From positions 1 through 11,088 of the forward strand of contig CAZMGA010000019.1 in assembly GCA_964565725.1 (NCBI GenBank): 11,088 nucleotides of DNA. Direction: 5' to 3'. Below, piece after piece: positions 1-7,600 of this stretch; position 1 is the stretch's first letter, and the number at the start of each line of letters is the position of its first letter. The notes beneath the pieces are model-generated. The model saw only the letters and a program-made list of their open reading frames with translations. It ran no database searches and was not told the origin of the DNA. The DNA comes from an uncultured archaeon. GTDB lineage: Archaea; Iainarchaeota; Iainarchaeia; Iainarchaeales; 0-14-0-20-30-16. The position numbers were made by a program, and so were the translations under genes.

Positions 1-1
1 G

Positions 2-124
2 AAAAAGGATAAAAAAGATGAAAAGAAAAAAGATAATTTAAATTTGGATTTAGATTTAGATTCAGGATCAAATCAAAATGAAACTACAGATGATGATTTT
101 GAATTAAATTTGGACTTAAAATAA
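2..124 (+). CDS. 3' end of an unidentified CDS whose 5' part lies outside the window; Lys/Asp-rich low-complexity C-terminal tail
   Basis: Only + frame 2 is open across 1-124. It gives 40 sense codons (KKDKKDEKKKDNLNLDLDLDSGSNQNETTDDDFELNLDLK) followed by TAA at 122-124. The other two + frames hit stops within the first ~40 nt. A 40-codon open run is unlikely by chance in sequence this AT-rich. The ORF is too short for the supplied track, and I recognise no domain. Confidence 0.45.
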   Translation, partial: KKDKKDEKKKDNLNLDLDLDSGSNQNETTDDDFELNLDLK

Positions 125-1669
125 TTAAACTAAATATGAATTTACCGCATTCGAATAAATAGTATATGACTCGGGGTTATGAACATTTTGATTAGTATAA
201 GAACCATTAAAAACAGTATTTAATATATTATCATACACATCAATATATTCATCAATTAAATTACCTTTTTGAGATTTAACCCAATCATTTATTGCTTTTC
301 TAGTAGATATATTTTTGCCAGGAGTTATAGACAAAGCAATAACTTTTGTATTATTTTTTTTTGCTAAATTATATATTGCTGTTAAATTTTTTTTAACGCC
401 AGATATATTTATAGAAGTTGATCCAATATCATTTGCACCACCCATAACAAAAATATAATCATATTTTTTTCCTGAATTATATTCAGCAGTTAATTTATCT
501 AACATCCATTTAGTGCTTTTTCCAGATTCTGCAATTTTAGTAATTTCGTATTTAGATTTATCATAAATATTATTTAATTTAGGGTAATAACCAACAGTGA
601 TAGAATCTCCTAATAAAAGTATTTTAGTTTTTTCATTAGTCGTTTTTACTGTTTTTGTTTTATTTAAGAAAAAAAAATCATATATAGAATTATAAAATTT
701 AGGCCAATTAAAATTACTAGAACTAGAAGATGATTTTTTCCACACATTGTAATCATTATTAGAAATTTCTGCTAATCTTGTTTCATTATTTATATTAAAT
801 TCAATATATTTAGAATCTAAAGATGCTTCACAAAATAATTTATCCCAACCATCTACTTCAATATAAACAAAAAAATCATTTACTTTATTTATTTTATAAC
901 TGGAAGAAGTATCCCCAACTCTTTCATTATATTTTTTATTTAAAATGATTTTATCATCATATTCAGAAGGTTTAAGTAAATAAGTTTTACATTGAGTTGT
1001 AGTACCTATTGTACCTTTAATATATGTAGAATAGTTATCTAAATCATCTAATTTAATTAAATCCTCATCAGTAATTTTCAAAATTTTTCCTTGTGAAAAA
1101 CCAGTTTGACAAACAGCTTTACCATATTCATTAACAATTACTATTTTTCTGTCATCTTCAGAAATATTAGCTTTATAGGGTTTTACAGATTGATTATACC
1201 CATATGTTCCTTTAAAATTAAAACCTGATAAATCATTATTAATATTACATTCTTGAATATTTAGAGGATCAAATCTATAAATATAAAATCCTTCTTTATT
1301 ACTTTGTGTTTCAAATTTTATACATCTATAATGTATTTCTAAATTATTTTTAATTTTAAAACACATATAATTATTATTTAATTTATTAGATTGACTTGCA
1401 CTACAAACTTCATTATTAGAATTCCAAGGATAAATTACAGTATAATTATTATTAGTATTATTTATTTTATACAAAACATATGGCGGACCAACATTTTCAT
1501 TAAAATTTTTAAAATTTTTAAATTCTCTAGTAACTATAAAGTCAGATATATCTAAATCATTTCTATAATTACAGTCCCAAATATCTAAAGAGAATACAAA
1601 AGAAAATGACAATATTGTTAACAAAACTAAAAAAATATAATTTAATTTATTAAAACTCATAAATATCAA
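125..1669 (-). CDS. Secreted SGNH/GDSL-family hydrolase (esterase type) with an N-terminal region of three Cys-bracketed repeats
   Basis: 514-codon ORF ending in TAA (125-127). There are two candidate starts: TTG 1667-1669, which overlaps the upstream TGA as TTGA, and ATG 1658-1660, which lies 5 nt after that stop. The N-terminus has a signal-peptide-like h-region (NYIFLVLLTILSFSFVFS). The C-terminal third carries the SGNH blocks: I ILLLGDSITVG (Ser356, codon 602-604), II ESGKS, III FVMGGANDIG (Asn413) and V NVHNP (His497, codon 179-181). A poly-Ser linker (res 313-318) separates the two halves. Confidence 0.9.
   Translation of the reverse strand: MIFMSFNKLNYIFLVLLTILSFSFVFSLDIWDCNYRNDLDISDFIVTREFKNFKNFNENVGPPYVLYKINNTNNNYTVIYPWNSNNEVCSASQSNKLNNNYMCFKIKNNLEIHYRCIKFETQSNKEGFYIYRFDPLNIQECNINNDLSGFNFKGTYGYNQSVKPYKANISEDDRKIVIVNEYGKAVCQTGFSQGKILKITDEDLIKLDDLDNYSTYIKGTIGTTTQCKTYLLKPSEYDDKIILNKKYNERVGDTSSSYKINKVNDFFVYIEVDGWDKLFCEASLDSKYIEFNINNETRLAEISNNDYNVWKKSSSSSSNFNWPKFYNSIYDFFFLNKTKTVKTTNEKTKILLLGDSITVGYYPKLNNIYDKSKYEITKIAESGKSTKWMLDKLTAEYNSGKKYDYIFVMGGANDIGSTSINISGVKKNLTAIYNLAKKNNTKVIALSITPGKNISTRKAINDWVKSQKGNLIDEYIDVYDNILNTVFNGSYTNQNVHNPESYTIYSNAVNSYLV
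128..628 (-). other. Segment encoding the SGNH catalytic domain of the downstream hydrolase (res ~348-514)
   Basis: The GDS, G, GxND and H blocks occur in canonical order and spacing (see the CDS entry). Confidence 0.85.
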
Positions 1670-4600
1670 CTTAATCCCGTAGATTTCAAATCATTATTAT
1701 ATGCTAAAATAAATGGAGAATTATTTTTTAATGTTCTATGATCACTTAAACCAATATAACCCCAATCAAAACCACTTCTAGGATCACCTTTTGCAGCTAA
1801 TTCAAAATGTGCAATAACAGCAGTATCTGAAATATCTTTTATTAATCCTCTATCTTTTATATCTTTTAATAATTTCTTTAAAGATTCATGTTGTTTTAAT
1901 GTGTAAGGATAGCCTCCAAAATTTATACAATGTCTTAAATCTATAGCTATTGAAAGAGTATTTATAAGAATATCTTTACAACTTTTATCATTTGTTTTAC
2001 AACCCGCATGATTTGCACCATAATCTTCAGAAACTAATTTAAAAATTTCTCCAGAACAACCTATATAATAATGACTTGAAGTTTTTCTTGCGTCCCAATC
2101 ATGAATACAATTATTTACCGCAACATCATCAGTATAAGTAGATTTTTCCCAACCACCATCGTGTAAAACTACAAAACCATATGCTGCTCTTTTAGTAGTG
2201 TTTTTAGCAATTCTTTTATCATCAAAATATTTAGTATTAACCTTAATATAATTAGTTTGTAAAGGCATTACAGAATCTATAGATATTAAATTTTTAGATA
2301 ATTCAGGTCCTAATTTTGTTGTTATAGGTTTAGGTAATGCAGAATAACTTAAACATTTTTCTGATTCATTATTTAAATAATTTAAATACTCAGTCCAATA
2401 CAAATCAATAGATTGATTTTTACTTTGATTTCCTTTACATTTATTAGTATCTGGTATATTTCCAGAACTATCTACACAACCAGGGCCCACAACATAAGAT
2501 TTTACTGTTAATTCTAAATCTTTTTTGTTAGTATAAATAGAATATAATAAAGAAGCTTGATACATAATAGATAGTTCTGCTTTTGTTCTAGGATCTTTGT
2601 TTAATATCCCTTTACCATCATATAATAAACCACCTTCTTTTTGATACATTTTTCCAGTGTTACAAGTTAAGTCATACAATTCATTAAAATTTTTAATATT
2701 TAATTCTTTAAAATCATCACTATTAAAATTAAATACACTTGAAAATTCAGAATATTTTCCTTTAATAATATTTTTAGTAAGATCACAAAAAGTTTCAGGC
2801 TTAAGTTGTCCCAAACCAACAGCATAACTTTGAGAAACAATCATAGGATTAAATCTAGATTCTTTATATGTTTGTGCAATTAAATTTTTTGCATCCATTT
2901 TACCATTAGTTTTTTGTTTTAATATATCTCCATATTTAATAAATAAATCTTTATAATGAGTACAACCTATAAGTGGCTGTGTTGCGTTTGTTGAATTGGA
3001 AGATGAAGTACTTGTAGGAATTGGAGCCAAAGTATTAGCCCCACTATTGTCAATTAAACCATCTGAAATATATCCTTTAGTTATATTTTCAGTATTACAA
3101 AAGTTTTGTAATATTTTGTTAGATTCTAATTCTTTAACAGTACCAATATATTTATTTTCATTATTTGGATCTACAGTTAAAATCATAGTATAATAATGAT
3201 TTCTAACAAAATTATCTGGCAATATAAATTCAATACTTTTTGCAGAATTAAAACTTTCTTTAGTCATAAGTTTAGATGTTCCTTTATATGCTAAATCTGC
3301 TAATACTCCTGCAACTGCACCTCTTAACATACCTTTTGCAAAATTCCATATTTTTGTTCTTGTCAATGTTTTTGATTCTACATCTTTAATCAAAGCTTTT
3401 AAAGCATCATCATCTATATCGTCTACAACAGTAGCTGGTGGTGTATTAGGTAAATTTTTAATTTTTAATTTTAAAACATCTCTTTCGGCTTGTATTTTTT
3501 TAATTTCAGTATCAATTTTTAAAAAATCATCATTTAATTGTTTAAGATTAGGACAAGGTGGTGTTTTTCCCATACAAGCTTTTATTTGGTTTGTTAATTG
3601 ACCTTTCTTTGGACCTAATTTTGTTGTTAATTCTTTATTTATTTCATTAATTCTTTTTACATCTGAAGGATCTGGTGTTGATGCAGTTCCTGGAGTAGTA
3701 ATTGTTTTAGGATTTCCAATTCTATCCCAAGTATCCTTATTAGTTAAATTTATTTTTTCATCTATAATTTTAATAAGATCATCCAAACTGCTTTTATATT
3801 GTTTATTATGTTTGTTTATTACTTCTGCAAATTTTGGATCTGTATTATAAAACTTTTTCAATAATTCATTTTTACTTGTTACATTATTAATTATATCTTT
3901 ATTTGCAGGATCGGATAATTTTTTAACAAACATGTCTATAAATTCATCTGCAAGTTTATTTTGTGAATAAGTGCCATTAGCTAAATTTTTTACACTTGTA
4001 TAACCTACTTCTGCACCTCTTACACCTGCATTTACTGTTGCACCTGTTGCAGCTGCCTCTAATTCATTTAAATAGGAAATATCTGTACTATCTTTTAAAG
4101 CTTTTTGAGCATCAGCAGAATCTTCATAATCTTCAAACATCCAATCAGTCAATATAAAATCATTTAATGAATCATGAACTTTATCTAAAGCATTTCTACT
4201 AGAATTTCCAGCATATACATTTAATCTATGATTTGCATAAAGTGTGGAACCTGCAAAAGATCCAACTATTACGCCACATTCAATACCTGCTTCAACCCAT
4301 AATGCAGGACTCATAGCTTTTCCTTTAAAAGCTAATTCTGCAAGCATACAAACCCCTGCAGATACTCCACTAGATACTCCTACTCTCAATCCCAAACCTT
4401 TATTTAAAGTTTCTACTACTGCTTTAGTATTATTTGCAGCACAATAATTATTAGAAACTTTACCACTAAAAGAAATATTTTTATTTTGTGCTAATTTATT
4501 TAAAACTTCACAACTGTTTATTCCTTCTTTTTCTCCTTCCCAATAAATTAAAGCTGAATAATTCTTATTACTTAAATCTGAATTTAATATACCTCCTAAA

Positions 4601-7600
4601 TAGGCTTCAGGAGATACTCCACAAGGTTTAAATTTAACAATTAATTGTTTTTCTTCACCATTTGTAGGTGTAAAAATAATTTTCAAAGGTAAGTTTTCCG
4701 AGTATGAAATTGCTTTATTAGGATCAGTAAAATTAACTCTTAAAACATATTCTTTAGTAGAAGCATTTACAAATGAAACATCATTTACTTCATTACCTAT
4801 ACTATCAATTATTTTTGCAGAATAGCCTTCCATTTGTGCAGGATAAAATGAAAATGAACCATAACCTGTTTTTGTCCCAGATATTGTAAAAGTACAATCT
4901 ATATCACCATAATCTACATTTAAAACATTACATCCTTTTAATTCATATTGTCCAGTAGTAGAATCTGATGGAGATACTACTTCAAATTCATTATTTTTTG
5001 CATTATAACAACCAGTAAAATTTCCTTGTAATGCAGATTTAATTACATTAACTAAATCCTTTTTATCTTTATCTTGTTCTAAATTGAAATTTTCATTAAT
5101 TACTACTACTACATTATTATTATCAAATTTTAATTTGATTAGATTTTTTCCAACATCCCCTTTGGTTAAAAATAAAGTATTATCTCTATCATCCAATACT
5201 CTTTCTGTACCAAATAATTCTTTTGAAACAAAATCAGATAAAGGTTTAAAAGTATATTTTGTATCATAATAGACAAATGCAGGTTTAAAACCAAAAGCAC
5301 TATCTGCTAAAATTGTAGTATCTAAAGGCAAAAATAAAGCAGCATTGTTTACAGTTCTTTTACATTCTTCTGTATTTTCCTTTTCAAATTTAACTATTAT
5401 ACTATAATTATCTGATTGTGCTATGTTATCAACCACATTAAAAAAACCATTTAATGTTACAGTATATTTTCCACAACCTTTAAAATTTGGTTCAATAAAT
5501 AATACATTATAATTTGAAGTAGATTTCATATTTTCAAAAGAATAATTATTAGGCAAAATATTTACTGTTTTTAAATTAGTTTTTATTTTTTCTAATAAAA
5601 CATTATTAAAATATTCATTACTCAAATTATCTTCCATTAAATATACTACAAATGTAGAATCTTCTACCCCTATATTTCCAAATTCACATTTTGATTCAGC
5701 ACAAGTCTTTATATCTTTAGAATTCACAGCCAATTTATTTTTATATTCTTTAACATAACCATTTACTTTTTGAGATATAAATTCAGATGCTAATTTTCCA
5801 TCACAATAAGCATTACTACAATCCATAGATTTTGCAACTTTAGGATATAACAAAGATGTATCTTCGGAAGTATCACAATCTTTAATTGTTTTTTTAGTTG
5901 TAGGTTCTTGTGAACTACTTACTGCACTATCTCCAAATTTAAATTCGTAATTTATTTTTTTAGCATATGTTTTGTTTGTAGATAAGCCTCTTGCAAAAAC
6001 ATCTATAACTGAAGAATCATCTTGTTTTTCTTTAACAGCTACAACAGATTTTATTTCTGTTCTTTGCCCTGGTGTTAAAACTAAATTATTAGAACTTAAT
6101 GTCAAAATATTTTGTGTAGATACATTTTTAACAGATGGTAAATTTAATCTAACAGATTCTGCACAATTATTTATTACTACAATGTTTGAAGTAGTAGCAT
6201 TTATATTTAATTTTGTACTTTTAAATTTTAATATATTTTGAGTACCATTAGCATAAAATTCAACACATGTTGATGAGGATATTTGTGCAAATAAAGGTAC
6301 ATACTTAACTATTTGTGAATTATCTGCAACACTTGTTCCTTTTACTACCAAAACATATTCTGCAAAAGCACTATCAAAACTTAAACCTTCAACACCAAAA
6401 GATATTATTGAATTCATTCTTTGTTGTGGCCCCAATATTTGCAAATTAGTAGGTCTTGGTAAAATTTTCATTGCTACATTAGTTTTTTTAATTTGTGTTG
6501 TTCCATCCCAATTAGTAAATGGATAATCATTACCTAAAATAAAACTATCAGGATTATAAAAATTAGAAACTGTTGAATTTCCAATATTACTTAAACCCAT
6601 AGCATTTCCACTAGTCATAGTTTGATCTATATAATTATTATATTGCTGTGCGGATATTGTAATATTTTTTAAATTAGTAGTGCCATTATTAAAAATTGAT
6701 AATACAACTGAATTTAATTGACCAGTAGTAATATTATGTAATTGACTTGGTGAAACACTAATTATTAAATCTCCAAAACTATGAACTAAATTTAAAGTAA
6801 CAGGTAATTGTTTTTGGAAATATTCTGTATTAAAATTAATAAATGCTTCTACATTTACATTTGAAGAAATTAATGATTTTAAAGAGAAAGTATATTTTAC
6901 TAATTTAGTATCTCCTTTTTTTATAGAAGTTGTTGGTATTTGTAAATCAATTATTTCTGCTAAATTTACGTTTGATCTTAAAACTAATTCTGGATTTAAA
7001 TTAGAAATGTCAACTTCACAATTATTTTGTATTTGAATTTCACCAGCCACTTTTTGATTTACTCCATCATACAAAATCAAAGGCAATTTTGAAGGGTTTA
7101 TAGCCAAACAAGATGCATCCAAATTACTATTTGCAACGTAATTTATATGAATTACTTGTCTTACTATTTCTCCACCATCTATAATACCGGTCAAAGCAAT
7201 ATCTTGATCTCCATAAGCCAAATCATTTTCATCATAACTTACATTTACTATAATTTTAGAAGTTTTACTAGACATCAAATTAGTAGTAGAAATTCTATAA
7301 TCTATATTAAAATTAGTAGCATCATCTCTCATTATTTCTAAACCAATGTTCTTTAAATTAAATTTAGAAATATTTTTAAAAGGAATTTCATAACTTCTTG
7401 TTTTCATACCAACAGGTATTTTTATTTCAATTTCTGTATCAACATCAAATACACCAGTTCTAGTAATTAAAAATTGACCACTTGTAGAATTATGTCCTGT
7501 AGCCGAAACTTTATAATTATATATTCCGGATGGTAATTCATTAATCACATATTTTCCGTTTAATCCTAAATTATTTGTATTATTACCTTCTATATATTGT

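Noticed and set aside
354-362. Homopolymer tracts inside coding sequence (T9 at 354-362, A9 at 669-677, several 7-mers) as possible slipped-strand phase-variation switches.
   Set aside because: Runs of this length are expected in sequence this AT-rich. They simply encode KKN and FFF in frame, and nothing suggests an alternative frame being maintained. Population or long-read variation data would be needed to support a switch.
1502-1519. Perfect tandem 9-nt duplication (aaaattttt x2) encoding KNFKNF in the SGNH protein.
   Set aside because: It is a tiny in-frame low-complexity duplication inside the variable loop of repeat unit 1. It is most likely a replication-slippage remnant with no evident function.
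1657-1668. Possibility of an alternative genetic code (code 4 with TGA=Trp, or code 25 with TGA=Gly, as in some low-GC or candidate-phylum bacteria), since the giant gene ends in TGA.
   Set aside because: About 3,600 codons across three genes read through with no in-frame TGA, and every Trp is TGG. Lineages that reassign TGA use it frequently in-frame. Reading this TGA as sense would add only ~8 codons before a TAA. The standard code is the simplest explanation.
4003-4056. Gly/Ala-rich stretch AAATGATVNAGVRGAEVG (res 2119-2136) as a fourth membrane segment.
   Set aside because: It is too short and too polar (T, N, R, E), and its Gly residues are not in a consistent i/i+4 register. It is more likely a flexible linker or loop within the helical region.
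2996-7341. Five + strand ORFs of 61-89 aa in the supplied track (2996-3193, 4244-4447, 5084-5269, 5972-6241, 7147-7341).
   Set aside because: All lie entirely antisense to the 2,914-codon ORF. They have no motifs and low-complexity or odd compositions. The one at 4244-4447 exists only because the Gly/Ala-rich zipper region is locally GC-rich and stop-poor on the opposite strand. I treat them as antisense artefacts.
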